Below the pieces are notes generated by a model. That model was not told the DNA's origin and did no database searches. It saw nothing but the letters and a program-made list of their open reading frames with translations. A stretch of 64,000 nucleotides of DNA from Pseudogymnoascus verrucosus (taxonomy: Eukaryota), in the NCBI GenBank assembly GCA_001662655.1, contig KV460238.1. One strand, given 5' to 3'. The first letter of the stretch is position 1. Each line of letters opens with the position of its first letter. The translations under genes were made by a program, and so were the position numbers. Shown one piece after another: positions 1 through 13,436 of the stretch.

Positions 1-919
1 CCCCCCCCCCCCCCGACCCCCCGCCTCCCACGACTATCTTCGTTGTGCGCCCGCCCCCCAAAAATACCCAAATATCTCACCTCTGAGTTACCTTTGGTTA
101 CTCTACTCAAAGTTACTTTACTCTCGAATTTACTTACTTGAAGTTACTCGAGTCACTTAAGTTTACTAAACTTACTTAACTTGCCTTACCTCACCAACCT
201 CCAAATACCCATACATACACATACACACCAAAACACCAAAACTCCTACTCGCACTACATCACACCTTACTTCACGTGTTCAATCCCCACCAACACATACC
301 AACCTCCAAAAATACAAAATACTACGCCAAAACCTGCACCTGCAGTCCAGCCTAACCTGGGCAAGCAACTTGCAAGCCCTACCGACCTCAGCCTGCATAT
401 GCCGGGGCTGCCCTCGACCACGGTGTACACCCTACCACATCGCTTGCCAACGCATCCAGCATATCAGATTAAAGTACTCGGCCTCGCCTTTAGTCTCCGC
501 CCAGCCACTCTGCGCCAAACAAAGACCGACCGCGTCGCCTGAAATCCCACCCACGCACGCAACCCATTGCCTTATCGTCATATCTCCATCGACATCATCG
601 TTCGTCCAATTTCGCAGCTTCAGCTCGCCAGTATAATCTTTCAATACCCGCGACGCTCTTTGCACAATCTCCGCGCCGAACACGCGACGGGACGACGGGG
701 CGACTGACTCGAGTCCGCCAACACGTCACTTCCCACGTTTCTCACATCCCCCACCACTAACCACCCACGAACCAACCGCGCGCCGAGAGTGAGTGAGAGC
801 GAGAGAGCTCCGACGACGAGCTACACGACGCATCCCGACGCGCCGAATCCGACGCGCGACCGCCGCCAGGCAACCCAGCTCGCCGCCGCGAACAATCACC
901 TAGACACGCCGTAGTCCCA

Positions 920-2017
920 ATGATGGAGTACGCGCAATACCAACAACAGCCGCAAGGCCACCACCCTCAGAGCCAGGGCCACCTACAGAACCCATATCCC
1001 AACTCCGGGCAGCTACCGGGGCCAGGCGCACCCCTCACGTCGCCGACAAACCAGCCGCTGCACCAACAACAACACGCGCTCCACGGCCAGACATCCCCCA
1101 TCCTGCCGTCGCAACAGCAAGGCGCGCAGGGCCAGGGCCACCCCGTGCACCAGCAGATGTACAACCAACCCCCCTACGGCGTCCAACCGCAGGGCATGCA
1201 CTACGGGATGCCCGGCGGCATCTCGACACAAGCCGCCGCCATGGCAGCCACCGCCGCCGCCTCAGGCCAAGGCTACCCATTCCTATCATCTGACCCGAGT
1301 CTCCCCAACACCTCGCCGCGCATGGGCGGCCTCAACCTCAAGAAAGACGCTGCGCGCCGCCCGCGCTCGCCACACCAACTCACAAACCAACTCGGCCACC
1401 CCCGCCGCGTAAGCACGCAACTCGGCTCACCCGGCGCCCCAGCACAACCACTCAACCACGTCGCGCGCCCCGCGGCGCCACCGATGCCCGCACAAGCACC
1501 TCAGCACCCGCAGTCGCCCGAGCTCGTCGCGGGTGCAGGAGCAGAAGAGAGTCCGCTCTACGTCAACGCGAAGCAATTCCACCGCATCCTGAAACGGCGC
1601 GTCGCGCGCCAGCGCCTCGAGGAAGCACTCCGCCTCACCTCAAAGGGGAGGAAACCGTATCTCCACGAGTCGCGACATAACCACGCGATGCGCCGGCCGC
1701 GCGGTCCCGGTGGGCGCTTCCTGACCGCCGACGAGGTGGCGGAGATTGAGCGCAAGCAGGCGGAGGGCGAAGAGGGGGGCGCGGAGGCGGTGCCTGCTAC
1801 GGCGACGCCGGCGAAGCAGGGGAGCGCGTCGACGCAGGGGAGTGCAGGCGCGCCGGGGGCGGGAGTGGCGCCGGGTGCGAATGCGAGTGCGCCAATGTCC
1901 GGGGGGAAGAGGAAGGCGGAGGATGAGGAGGAGGCGACGCCGAGTAAACGCGTTAAGGCGAGGGCGGCGAGCGAGGATGATGATGAGGAGGAGGAGGATG
2001 TGGATGAGGATGGCTAG
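920..2017 (+). CDS. hapB: CCAAT-binding complex subunit HapB/Hap2 (NF-YA)
   Basis: Single 365 aa ORF with a Q/P-rich N-terminus and the NF-YA core [26 protein letters not shown]...[25 protein letters not shown], then a basic KRK/KRVK NLS-like segment and an acidic tail. Confidence 0.95.
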   Translation: MMEYAQYQQQPQGHHPQSQGHLQNPYPNSGQLPGPGAPLTSPTNQPLHQQQHALHGQTSPILPSQQQGAQGQGHPVHQQMYNQPPYGVQPQGMHYGMPGGISTQAAAMAATAAASGQGYPFLSSDPSLPNTSPRMGGLNLKKDAARRPRSPHQLTNQLGHPRRVSTQLGSPGAPAQPLNHVARPAAPPMPAQAPQHPQSPELVAGAGAEESPLYVNAKQFHRILKRRVARQRLEEALRLTSKGRKPYLHESRHNHAMRRPRGPGGRFLTADEVAEIERKQAEGEEGGAEAVPATATPAKQGSASTQGSAGAPGAGVAPGANASAPMSGGKRKAEDEEEATPSKRVKARAASEDDDEEEEDVDEDG

Positions 2018-3949
2018 ATGGGGTCGGGTGAGGTTCGGTTTGAGCCATGTGTTTGTGTGTGTGTTGCATAGCGCGTTCGACGGGTCTGGGACTCGTCGTC
2101 GTTGCTGCGCGGCCTCCACCCTCCACATCCTCCCGTCCATCTTGTTATTCCACTCAGTCATCAATCATCCTCAACCAGTACACCACTTCTACACACCCCT
2201 ACATACCAAACTCCTAAACCACCTCGCCTCCCCTTTTACGACGAAACGAACCGTTGATGAAATCACACCGCCCTTTGTTTTTTTGGCCTTGGGAAGGGGG
2301 GGGAAAGAAAAACTTTATCTTGCCACTACTACTACTACTGCTGCCCTGCTGCGTAACTTTAACTTACTACTGCTGTTTTTTGCTTTGGACTGTTTGTTTC
2401 TGAGAGGGAGATGTGTTGGAGTGGGAGGAATTATAACAATTTTTTGTGTTTGAGTTGAGATAATCTTGTTTTTATTTGTTTTTGTTCGAGGGGGGAAGAA
2501 GGAGGGAGAGGGAAGGAAGGAAGGGTGGTGGGGAGGATGGGGGGAAGGACGAGGAGGAAGGGGAAATCATCACGTCGACCTCTAGGTACGGCGGTGCTGT
2601 GTATCTCTCTCATCTTTCTCGTCGGGGGTCAGGGGATTAGGGTGGAGGGATATCAGCGGGACAACGGGACGCAAGGGACTGGAAATGGTCAGGGATAGGA
2701 AGGGAAGGGGAGGGGGAAAGAAGGGGAGGGGAGGGGGTTAATCGAAATCGACTTGCATCATATCCCCAAATGTCTATTCTTGTCAAATGTCTCGTTTACT
2801 TGTCACAAACTGGTTCTCTTTTCTATCTGCTCTCTGCTCTCTCTCATCTCTCGGCACACACTGTCTTGCTTATCTTGTTTATTTTGCTGTTTGTGTCGTC
2901 TCTTGCTGCTGTCTTTGTCATTGTTTGTGTTGGGGGGTGCTGCGTAAATTTTGTCTTTGTGTTTGTTTTGTTGTTTTTGGAGGGGGTTTGTTTTGGGATA
3001 GGAATGAAAGGAAGTTGGGATGGGAACGGAAGGGTGGTAAGGGACTGGGTATGGAAGGATGGTAAGGGACTGGGAATGGGAGGGAATGGAAGGATGGGAT
3101 GGGAATGGGAAAGGGAACGACTTTTAGACTGGCATCCGCTCGCGCATTCTATGCTACCCTTTTTTTTTACTTTTAAAACTTTTAAACTTTTTAAATACTG
3201 GTGTTGGTGTTTGATGCTGATATGAATGCATTGGCGCCTTTATTCTCTCACTTGGTCTTTGGTCTTGGTCTTGGTCTTGGTCTTGCACGCGCGATGTGTG
3301 TGTGTGTGTGTGTTTATGTGGCTTTTGTGTGTTTTGAGGGTCTCTCAGGTCTCTCGGGTCCTTGGTCTTGATAGGTTTTGTGTTGTGTGCTGTATCGCTT
3401 TATGAGGTTACGTGATCATGATCCAAGCCTCTGATTAAGCGTCTGTGTGTGTGAGCTGGGAGGCAGAGGAGGGAGGGGCGGGCGTGGCGATGGTATATGC
3501 CGCAGGATTGAAGGGCGCTGGGGAGTTGGGACGAGGAAGGGGAAGTTAAGTGTGCGTGTGCGTGAGCTGGCTGGGCCGTGGAGGAGGAGGAGGGGAGATG
3601 GGGAATCATCAGGACGGGACGTGATGGGATGGTGCAGGTAGGCGTGACGGCACGATATGGGTGGGACGGGAGGATGGGGATAAAACAGGATGGGTAGGAT
3701 TGGGACGATTGTAGGCGGGACAGTAGGATGGTGGGGCGGGACGGGGCGATTATAGGCAGGATAGGGAGGACCATCACATTTCGGGGTTTTATTTTCGTTT
3801 TTTGTCGTCTCTGTTTTATGAGCTTTCTGTCGGTTGGGATGGGATGGGATGGGATGGGGGTACACAAATAGGTCGGTTTTATTTCTTATATTTATATTCA
3901 GGAAAGAAAGAAAGGTCATTCGCTTGGGGGTGGGATGTATAAATGGTCG

Positions 3950-4560
3950 TCAAAACTTATTTTCCGATTTTAAATTTAAGATATTTGTATATGAGTTTGC
4001 TCTGTAGACACAAACTTGTTTATCTTCAAAACAGCAACTCTATGCCGTGTAGATATTACTCCGTCTTTTAACATCTTAGATCTTGGATATATTCTATAAC
4101 CCTTTATATTTATATTTAGTAAAGAGGGAAAAAAGGCAAGGAATATGTAAAAGGTCATTAAACTTATCTTCTACCTATATAAAATTTTAAGATCGTCGTA
4201 CATGACATTCTCTCTTACTAAACATAAACCAGTCATCTTTAAATATAGTGCTCTGGTCTGTATCAATATTACCTAGTTAGACATCTTACGCCTTAGGAAT
4301 ATTAATGTTATATCCATTAGGCATCTTATTTATATCTAAGGGATGTTAATACTAATGAGGATATCCTAAGAATAGATGGCACTATTAATTTCTCCAGCAA
4401 AACAACAACAAATGTCATCTTTTCCAACTACAACTCAATTCTATAACTACGACTTCAAATTAATTATCCCCAAACAATTTTATAATTATAGACCCTCTAC
4501 CACCCATATCAGTGTATTTCATATATCAACGAATTAATAGCCATATACCCACAGTTGCGG
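3950..4560. other. AT-rich, TpA-rich degenerate segment (possible RIP-decayed repeat or gene relic)
   Basis: Abrupt drop in GC relative to the flanks, many TA/TAG/CTA words and only short ORFs. No recognisable protein motif. Confidence 0.35.
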
Positions 4561-4894
4561 TCGTGCAGTTGGGTTGGAAAAGTGATATTTCTTAGGCCGA
4601 GGGAGGAGGGGGGATATCAGTAATGCCACCACCTACTCTTTCAAACGCACACCTCCACCCAACTTCTACCTCAAGACCTTTCATCTCGTATATGTCTTTC
4701 TCAGCCCAGCAACCTTATGATAAAGATAAAGACTACTGGACCCGAAGCCGTGGCATTTATAGATTGAACTAAACAGATAAATACCGACGCATTTATGCGA
4801 AGCTTGTTGAGGGGTTTCTTATCTGGCTGATTGAAGAAGCTGTGCTGCCCACTCGAGGCGTGCATGAGTTTTGAGTGGCTGGGTGGTGGGGTGA

Positions 4895-5065
4895 TGGTAG
4901 TGAGAGAGAGTGATGATAGCAGGAGAGCACGGTGACAGCAAGTGGGAGCAGTGACAGCAGGAGAAAACAGTAGCAGCAGGAGCAAACAGTGGCAGCAGGA
5001 GAGAACAGTGACAGTTAGTGACAACAAAAGTGAGAAACGGTAGCAGGAGAGAGTAGTGACAGACA
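4895..5065. repeat. Degenerate minisatellite (GTGACAGCAGGAGAG-like units)
   Basis: Repeated gtgacagcag, agcaggagag and acagtg words through the interval. Confidence 0.55.
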
Positions 5066-5410
5066 GAACGGAGGGGCAAATTCAAAATCCGTACGGGCAG
5101 CCCCGTGGTATCGCGCCGGGAATTCAATATCTCCTCTACCTGCGCTGCTGTATCATATGATCGCACCTCCTCCGTCTTGAGGACGAGTGCGTTAGGGAAC
5201 GATGATCTCTGGTAATATAATGACTTTTTGAACTCCAAGAGAAATTTTTCCCGGCCCCTGGGATCGACGGTTGATCAGCAGCGCGATGGGTTTCAGGTCC
5301 TTTTCGAAGGGTGGTATGTGGATACTATTTGAAAATGAAGCTGGGCTTCTTTCCTGAGGGCGAGCATATCCACTGCATACATATGATATGGCCTCTATAT
5401 TCTACATATT

Positions 5411-5487
5411 TCATCACTAAGATCAGAAGCATGAGAGCAAAGTATAGTGTCATCACTACAATCAGAAGCATGGGACAAGATATAGTG
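5411..5487. repeat. 39 bp tandem duplication
   Basis: tcatcactaagatcagaagcatgagagcaaagtatagtg is followed directly by tcatcactacaatcagaagcatgggacaagatatagtg. Confidence 0.8.
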
Positions 5488-5650
5488 GAAGTGGCACTGT
5501 AATTGTGTGCTAATAATAAAGTACAATTATGACTGTAAAAATAAAGTTCTAAGGAGTGCAAATTTGTGACCGACATCATCGTGATCCTAACCCTTCCGAA
5601 ACAACACCGACTCCATCAAAATCCCGTCTCAATTAAAGACCAGGCGCATT

Positions 5651-7635
5651 TCAATAGCTGGGCGCGTTCAGGGCAAGGGCCATGAGACCACCACCGATAA
5701 GACCGGCAATCGGGATAGTCACGACCCAGGAGAAGAACAGGAGACCAACACGCTGCCAGTTGACAGCCTTGAAGGTACCGTTGCAAAGTCCGACACCGAC
5801 GGTGGCACCAGTGATGCACATGGATGTAGAGACTGGGAGCTTGTACTGGGAGAAGATGAGGGTGGTGATGGCGGCGCCCATCTCCATGGACGAACCACGC
5901 GAGGGGGAGTGGTAGGTGAGCTTGTTACCCATGACCTTCATGATGTTGTAACCGTAGGTGATGAATCCGACACAGATGGTGAGGGCCATGACGGCGATCT
6001 GCCACGAGGGAACATCCTCCTTAGACTTGACAGTCTGGCCAGATTGCCATGCACCGTACATACCAGCCCAGACACCGACAGCGTTACCGACATCGTTGGC
6101 GCCGTGAGCGAAAGACGCGGTACAGGCGGTGATGATCTGGACGAAGGAGTAGAGGTACTCGACCTCGTTCTGGTACTTGGTGGCGTGGTCGTAGACGACG
6201 GCCATGCGGCGGCCCTCGGGGGTACCGAGGACACCGATCTGGGAGCCGTGGATGTCGTAGTAGACACCGTAGAGGAGGGCGCAGACGAGATGGGCGGGGA
6301 GGCGGACAAAGAAAGCCCAGAGGTTGTGGCGCTCGTAGATCTCACCGCTACCCATGGGGTGGTTGTGGAGAGTGCGCATGGCCCATCCGATTGGTCCTCT
6401 CTTGGTGCGGAGGAAGGCGTGGTGCTTGGCCTCGGCGCGGGCGAGGAGCAGGCGGTAGTGGGCTTGAGCGTTGATGCCGGCAGACTCGTCCTCCAACTGG
6501 GCGAGGGTCTTGGGGGCGGGTGCGCTCTTCTCGTTGGAGACGTCTCTCTCGCTGCCAGCAGGGGTAGTCTCAATGACGTCGAGGTCCTTGGTGGGCTCCT
6601 GGCCTGGAACCTTGAGATCTCCGGAGTCTTCCTCATCATTGTCGTGCTGGATGACGGCGTAGTTGGGAACGCGAGCCTGGGTGGCATCTGCCGGGGGAAC
6701 GCGGTGGAAGAGGGCAGGTCCTTGCCAGATATCGGTGATCTTGAGGGTGTAATCCTTCTTGATGACCTTGCAGTGGACGTATGGGACGAAGAAGAGACCG
6801 GCGAGGATGAACAGACCGAAGCCAACACCGAGGGTGACGCTGGCGATGTACCAGGCGGGCTTCTTATCGAGACCAAGGTTGGGGGATCCCTTGTAGACGA
6901 CGGAGAGCGTGCAAATGGTACCGGCGATCAGGAAGAAGAAAGGCGAGGTGAAGACAGCCCACTTGAGGGGGTCCTTGCGAGAGTGAACAGTTATCTTAAT
7001 GAGCATGAAGATGATCGAAGCAAAGCATCCAGATGCGATTGGGGCCATGCAAAGACCAGCGAAGATGGCACCGAGACCGGATCCGTTACTCCATCCCCAC
7101 TGGACGTTCTTAGCACCGACAGCGGCGACACCAACACCAGCGATGGAAGAGACCAGGGAGTATGTCGAAGAAACGTGGGCAGAGTTGCGAGTACACCACA
7201 TAACCCAGATGGCGGCACCAGCGGAAGCGCAGGCGAAAGCCAACAGCTGGACACCAGCGTTGCCGTGGAATGCAGCGATGGGGATACTGTTTGCTGTTAG
7301 CTAATGGTCCTCTTGGCTATTTGTTATAATTGTTGAACACTAACATTCCGTTCTTAATCGTAGAGGCAGTGCGAGCACCGACAGCCATGGCACCAGTGAT
7401 CTCGAAGACCAAGCACAAGAACATGGCCTGGCGGTATGTGACGGAGCGGGAGGACACCGACGTAGCCCAAGCGTTGGCAACATCGTCTATTGGAGGGTCA
7501 GCTCATGAACAATTGACAACAACAATGGGTATGAGGATGTGGTGGCAATAACTTACTTGCACCATTGTTAAACGCCTCAAGAAGCGCAAACATTGTGCCA
7601 AAGGCAAAAACGTAGGTATACTCGTGCATCACCAT
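5651..7635 (-). CDS. pho89: PiT-family Na+/phosphate symporter (Pho89 / Neurospora PHO-4 type), 3 exons
   Basis: Exon 1 MVMHEYTYVFAFGTMFALLEAFNNGA splices (GTAAGT donor at 7556) to NDVANAWATSVSSRSVTYRQAM. The second PHO4 repeat FAHGANDVGNAVG and the motif LPVSTSMCITGATVGVG lie in the 530 aa ORF. Confidence 0.93.
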
Positions 7636-7836
7636 CTTGGCGGCTTAGCTCTTAGCTGTTGCTTGGACGGTTTACGGCTGGTTGATCTTGCCAATACATA
7701 GAAAGGCGAACATCACATATATATACCCATGATGGGAGCGCATGCGCGTGCTAATCGTCCCGACTAAACTTTCGCGAAGAAAGCCTGGACGAGACGAATA
7801 ACCAATGTTGCAGAATAAGGAAGCAAAATCTCTCAG

Positions 7837-7886
7837 CACGTTGATATTCTGGACGAGCCAGAATACAGTATCAACCCACGTGGGTT
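7837..7886. promoter_or_regulatory. Pho4/NUC-1/PalcA-type bHLH sites upstream of the phosphate transporter
   Basis: CACGTT at 7837-7842 and CACGTG at 7877-7882 inside the perfect palindrome AACCCACGTGGGTT (7873-7886). A TATATATA element lies at about 7718-7725. Confidence 0.6.
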
Positions 7887-8575
7887 TGATACACGGGATA
7901 TTTGACAGACCTAAGAAATAAGGGTGGTAAGAGGAAGTCTGGGCAGTCTGGGCAACTTATACCGAAACGGCAATAATTATGGAACGGGAGCTTGGCGGCC
8001 ATCTTGGCATAAAAAGTGGGCGACGAATGAGAAGACAGGAAATGAGAATTTAGACCCAGCGGAAGCATGGAGAGACCGAACCCCCTGTTGTCTTATCGGC
8101 ACTAGTCCCTGGTAGTCTTGTTTAGTCTCCTTTCGTGGCTTTTGCTTGACTATCCTCGACTCCCCTCGTCTCTTACCTTGAACCACCCCACGTCCCTTAA
8201 GCAAGCACGAGGTCGTGGGAGTGAAACGAGCGGCATGATCTCCTCCCCCATCTCGCATCTTGAGCGTAGATTTACCAACAAAAAAAGGAAATAAAGGAAA
8301 ACGATAGACTGCCTTCTAGAAGAAAGTGGATTGATGTGAGATTCACGATTCACATCCTGTTCCATCCTGAAAGCCAATAATAGGACGGCACATTCATGCA
8401 AGTCCCTGCGGCGGCTCTTAGTCTGCCTCAAATATGAAAAACTATTGATGGAGTGGAGTGTTGCCAGCGGCTGCATCTACGCAGCACGCGGCATGCATCT
8501 TTTACATTTGTCATGGGGAGAAGAATATGGGTTTGCCTCGCGTATAATGGGGTTTTTTTAATTTTTACTTATGAC

Positions 8576-8667
8576 AGGCAGGCAGGTAGGCAGGCAGGCA
8601 GAGAAGGAGCGAGGCTCACTAGTTAATAGCAGAGAGTATTACAAAGATGGAAGGAGCGAGGCTCACT
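8576..8667. repeat. (GGCA)n microsatellite plus a 17 bp direct repeat AAGGAGCGAGGCTCACT
   Basis: The direct repeat copies start at 8604 and 8651, just downstream of the GH55-LysM stop codon. Confidence 0.7.
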
Positions 8668-8766
8668 GTCTACCTAAGGCGCAGCTACGAAGCACGCACG
8701 TGTTGTGTATTAGATTCCACATCAGCATGTCATACTAACCCCCGTCTCCATAACCGCCCCCCCGCG

Positions 8767-11700
8767 CTAGATCTCATCCCAAACCACAAACGGCAACGCG
8801 CAATATGCAACACCCTCTACTAGCTTGCCAGTGCAATTCGCGATCTCCGTCCCGAGCGAGGGGTTGACTTCCAGAAAGATCGTGATTGTGGTCCCGCTCG
8901 TAAATGCAATAGTGCTGCACGTGTCCCCCGAGCCAGCCACTCGCCACGTCCCGCAGTTCAGGGTCGTGTTGGCTGCGACGGTCGCCCCGACTGGCGGGGG
9001 GCTGATGAAATGGCTATACCCCGGCGCGTCAGCTGGGATCGTCGTGTCGCCTGGCACGACGGTAGAATTTGCGGCAAACTCGCCGTTCTGCGGCGCTAGG
9101 CAGATGACGTGCCCGAAGGCGGCGTCACTAGCTGTGTGTAAGTTCGTGCAGTCGCGGTCGACCCAGCGATTGTACATTTGTACGTTGCCGATGACGGAGA
9201 CCAGTGTGGTCGCCGTGACATTATATTCGATCGAGGAGCAGGTGTCGTCTGGCTTGATAGTCCAAGTCATCGCACAAGCAGGCGGCAGGCAGAGCGAGGT
9301 GCCTGCCGCGATAGAGGAGCAGTCGTATATCGAGTCGGGATTCCCGGCGTAGAGAGCTGCGGAGGCGAGGCTGTGCGATTCCGCGATCGAGTCGCAGGTG
9401 TCGCCCTCGGCGGTGACAATCATCTTGTTGGTTTGACAGTACGTCGATGGGTCGGGGAGGTCGAGAGGTGAGTCGGGGATCGTGGTGCTTCCGCCGACTG
9501 GGCATTGCTCGAGCGTGTATTCGAGTTGCGACTTGATGAAGGTGTCGTAGCTAGAGAACTGCGAGCGCTGCATTATGGCAAAATGTTCTATCCAACAGTA
9601 GGAGCACATCTCTTTTGGCGGCATGTCTTGGATTTTGGAAACTTGGGTGAAGCCATCGATAACTTCGCCGCAGTACTTGCCCGTTATGGGATCCAAAAGA
9701 CAGGTCTGATTCCACCCACTCCAGATACGACCGCCGAGGAGAGTAGGCAGAGCATTGTTAACGCGATAGCCCGCACAAGCGATCGAAACACTATCGAACC
9801 AGCTCTTCAAGCTCTTCCCGCACGAAGCAGCGCAGACAGTATTGGTATCGTTGGCGGTTCCGAGCCAGCTTTGAATTCCGGGGGACTGATACGTCTCAGT
9901 ACGGTTATCACACGCGATAACTTCGGTCAGCGCACTCCTGCAACTATCAGGCAAGACAGGCCCGTATAAGCTGTCGAGCAGGGCATTCGACCACACGCGG
10001 TACCCGGGGAACTCGCGTTCACCGACAATATCAGTTGATCCCTGGAGCCAGGCCAAGACAGAGGAGAGAAACCCATTAACGTTATCCTTGGCGTATGTAG
10101 GTGTACTCCCTAGGGGCGAGACCATCTCCTTGATGGCCTTGGTGCATAAATTATAAAGCCAGATGTCGCTACTCTGCTGGATCTCGAGCCCGCGCTCCTG
10201 GCAGTCGTTGGTGTCCACGCAGGCTTGGCTGTAGTCATCGAACCAGCTGTAGAGTCCAGCGCCAAGGACGTAGATGGACGCCGAGTTGATGATGCGGACC
10301 GCCCAGGAGACCGCACAGCGAGCCGAGCCGCCTACGCAGCTAGTGAAGGTTGGGTCGTTGGGGAATTGTCCTGATGTGAAGGGGGCTGGTGCGTGAGGGA
10401 TTGGCTGGAAGTAAGGCGATTCCGTCTGAATCATGGCCATGACCACATCCTTTGCGTTGGAGAGTTGGTACTGGTACAGCACATTATGCTCGACCGAAGT
10501 TCCCCATAACCAAGCCTTATCGCTCTCAACAAGTAGACCTCGACCAGAGTAAATATCAATCTGATCTAGCGTCTTCGAATCCAAATCATGATCTGCCGTC
10601 CAGAGCCAGACATTCTCAAGATAGGCTGTCGACTTAGGCTTTAGGTGCATTAGGAGAGATGCAGCCTTACAGCGGGAATTGATAATCCCGGACTGCTTGG
10701 GGCAGTTCTTAACTGAGAGATCGCTACCTACCGCGCCGCCGATTCGGACATGGGTGTCTGTGCGAGAAGAACGGTTAGAATCAAATATTATAATTACCGG
10801 GTAAACACTGAGGTGTTGTATATAACTTACCCCACATGCCGGCAGCCCCAAGGCTTGATTCAGCCACGTTCCATTCAATGGCGACGGCACCTGCTGTGGC
10901 GCCCTTGACGGTGACCATCATACTCGTGATCTCAGCGATGCCGACATCCCCCGCCTTGCCCACTTGCACGACGGCTCTGGGTTGGGTTTCATCGGCGAAC
11001 TGATTACCGTAGAAGTTAAGTTAGCGACTAGACTTTTTCTTGAAAGCCCAACATTGCGTTCCAAAGAGCAGATAGCTTCTACTGACCATATCACCAGTTC
11101 CCATAATCTGCGACCAAACCTGTCCAATGATGCGGGATCCAACTGGCACACGGAGAGTATCCGTCACAATGTACACCCCATACGGAATGAAAACCACAGA
11201 CGAAGTATTCGCCGCGCCCTCAAGGATCGAATTGAGAATCTTCGTATCATCCGTCACCCCATCCCCCTTAGCCCCCAACGTCCTCGCATTCATAACCTTA
11301 CCAGCCGCCACATCAAGATACCCCGGCCGTCTCCTCGTAAACAAGTTCGGCGCCATCTTATCATACGCATCACCTAGCAGCGCCGTGCTCCGCTTCATGA
11401 CGGGGATACGCACCCCGTTAGCGAAGGAAGTTTTCCCGTCGCCGCTCGTTGCGGTGGTCACTAGCCCGAAACCCCAGTTATCAACTACGACCTGGTCTCC
11501 GCCGGCGAGGAGGACTTTGCCGGTTGTATCGTCGGTGATGGCTGTGACTGTGTTGAAGAAACCGACGTTCTGTAGCAGGAACGAGGTCGAGTTGTCGGCG
11601 AATAGCGTTGTCACGATGCCTTTAGGGGTGTTGGCGATGATGGAGTCGACTAGAATGAGAGATCCGACGCTTTGCCCAGTGGACTGCGGACCGCCGGCCT

Positions 11701-13436
11701 ATGAAAAGGTATGTTAGATTTTGGGGTCGTGGGAAATGGGGACTGGGGGTCGACTTACGCCGCCGATAATGAGGAGGCCGGTGCCGCAGCTCTCAATGAC
11801 AAAATCTTGCATCGTCCATGCCCAGTCCCAGTGCACTTGTAGGGCAATGACTGAGCTGACGAAGACGAGATGGCTGGTCGTGAACTGCTGGTTGCCAAAG
11901 TATGCCCTTTGAGCCGTCAGTAACTGCAATCCGTGCATATAGTCGGCTGAAAGGATGGCTCCTTACCCAAAATGCCCACCGACAAACGTGAGGTCTGCTA
12001 GAAATCCTCCGGAACCGTTCTCCATATATATTCCCTTGATATGCTACGTTAGCACTCTGTTATACGACTCAGGGGAAGTAAAAAAACGAGAAATGAGAAA
12101 TGAGAAATGAGAAAAGATATTGAAAGCTTACCTGTTGATTGTTGCCTGGCACATCGGACTCGTATAGCATGTAAAACTCGATGTTCTCAAGCGACGTCGC
12201 CTGCGCGACTTGCCAATGGATGCCACACAGGTAGCTCCACGGAGAAGCAGGCCTGATGTCGATTTTGAAATTTCGGACGCTGCGTAAGAAGTTTGCCGTG
12301 TTGAGATACCTAGAGGGCCACAGTTAAATCCCTTCCAGCTTGCGGCTTGCATACACTTAATGAAATCACATACCACTCCACATTATCGCTAACATAAACG
12401 TCGCTGGTGATTACTCCTTGGCCTACGAAACTCGACGCAGCGAGCAAGGTTGGAACCTGCACGGCCTAGACGGAAATACCTCCATTAGTGCCCTTCGAAC
12501 TTTGGTTCGGGGTTAAGTTGATTAGGACTCACATCACCGAGGAACTCCGTGTTGAAATATTGGATAATAGGACTGCTAACAAGGTACGTCCCAGGTGGGA
12601 AGTACACAACAGCTGGGTAGATAGTGCTTGACCCGCAGTCAGGACCACATCTCCCGCCTGAAGATACGGCGAGGTTAATAGCCTTCGTGTCATCTGTGAC
12701 GCCGTCGCCTTTGGCACCAAAATCTTTCACATTACGCCAGACCTATCACTCTATGATTAGCTCCAATCCAAAATAGAGTCAATGTTATCACTCGCGTGAG
12801 TAGAGGAAGCCCTACCTTATACCCAGCCGGTGCAAAAGGACTCGACCCAGACGATCCCATGTCCACCATCCACCATGCACTAGCCCGCTTGGATTTTGCT
12901 TCATGATCATCGCCATAGACTGAGAGTCGCCCCTCTGGTGTCTTATGCGATGGCGGAACGTTCGTGTCGTTCGTCTTGTGCGCATACTTCTTCTTCATTG
13001 TCGCAGCTACTGCGGAGTGATTCCCCTTAGCGACCTGCCGCGTCGCCTCAGCCATGATTCTCGCAGCGTCAGCGAGCTCGGGCGAGATGGAGTAGCTTTT
13101 GGCGGCTGTCTCAGTGGTACTGTTGGCCTGATTTTGGCGCTTTTGGGTAGTGCCATTGTTGACGATGGACGAGGGTTGTAGAGCAGCTGCCAGCTTAGGA
13201 GTTATCTTGCCAGATTGGAACTTGTACTTGTTGAAGTGCGGATTCTCGACGCGGGCTTTGTTAACACGGCTGAGCGCTGAGAGGCCCTCCTCTACCAATG
13301 CCACTGCGGCGGAGGTCTTGCTGCCATCGCGAGCGTGGTTACCGTGGAGGTGAGTTCCAGAGATCAGTGTGGCATGGAAGATGAGGAGGAGTATTGTGAG
13401 GACTACACTCCTCAATGGGGGATCGAAGCGCCGCAT
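8767..13436 (-). CDS. Secreted GH55 exo-beta-1,3-glucanase fused to a Cys-rich domain and three C-terminal LysM domains (multi-exon)
   Basis: Signal peptide MRRFDPPLRSVVLTILLLIFHATLISG and a pro-region with KR sites. Spliced GH55 motifs: VWRNVKDFGAKGDGVTDDTKAIN, NFLRSVRNFKID, GIHWQVAQATSLENIEF, GIYMENGSGGF, GNQQFT, a second GAKGDGVTDDT repeat, WLWTADHDLD, EHNVLYQYQ and QTESPYFQP. LysM repeats: GDTCDSIAESH..NP..C..LCLP, DDTCSSIE..N..DCTNL..ICL and GDTCSTIA..NPSLG..C. Confidence 0.9.

Noticed and set aside
432..683. 83 aa minus-strand ORF upstream of hapB
   Set aside because: Non-ATG start, no recognisable motif, and it lies in the probable hapB promoter/5' UTR.
2160..3920. Hydrophobic or low-complexity ORFs downstream of hapB
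   Set aside because: They derive from simple-sequence tracts (GT, GTCTTG, GGGAT, poly-purine runs), with no coherent gene structure.
5909..7300. 463 aa ORF antisense to pho89 (similar ORFs at 56176-57096, 23815-24462, 42692-43171)
   Set aside because: Shadow ORFs caused by strong C/G-ending codon bias of the sense gene; no protein motifs.
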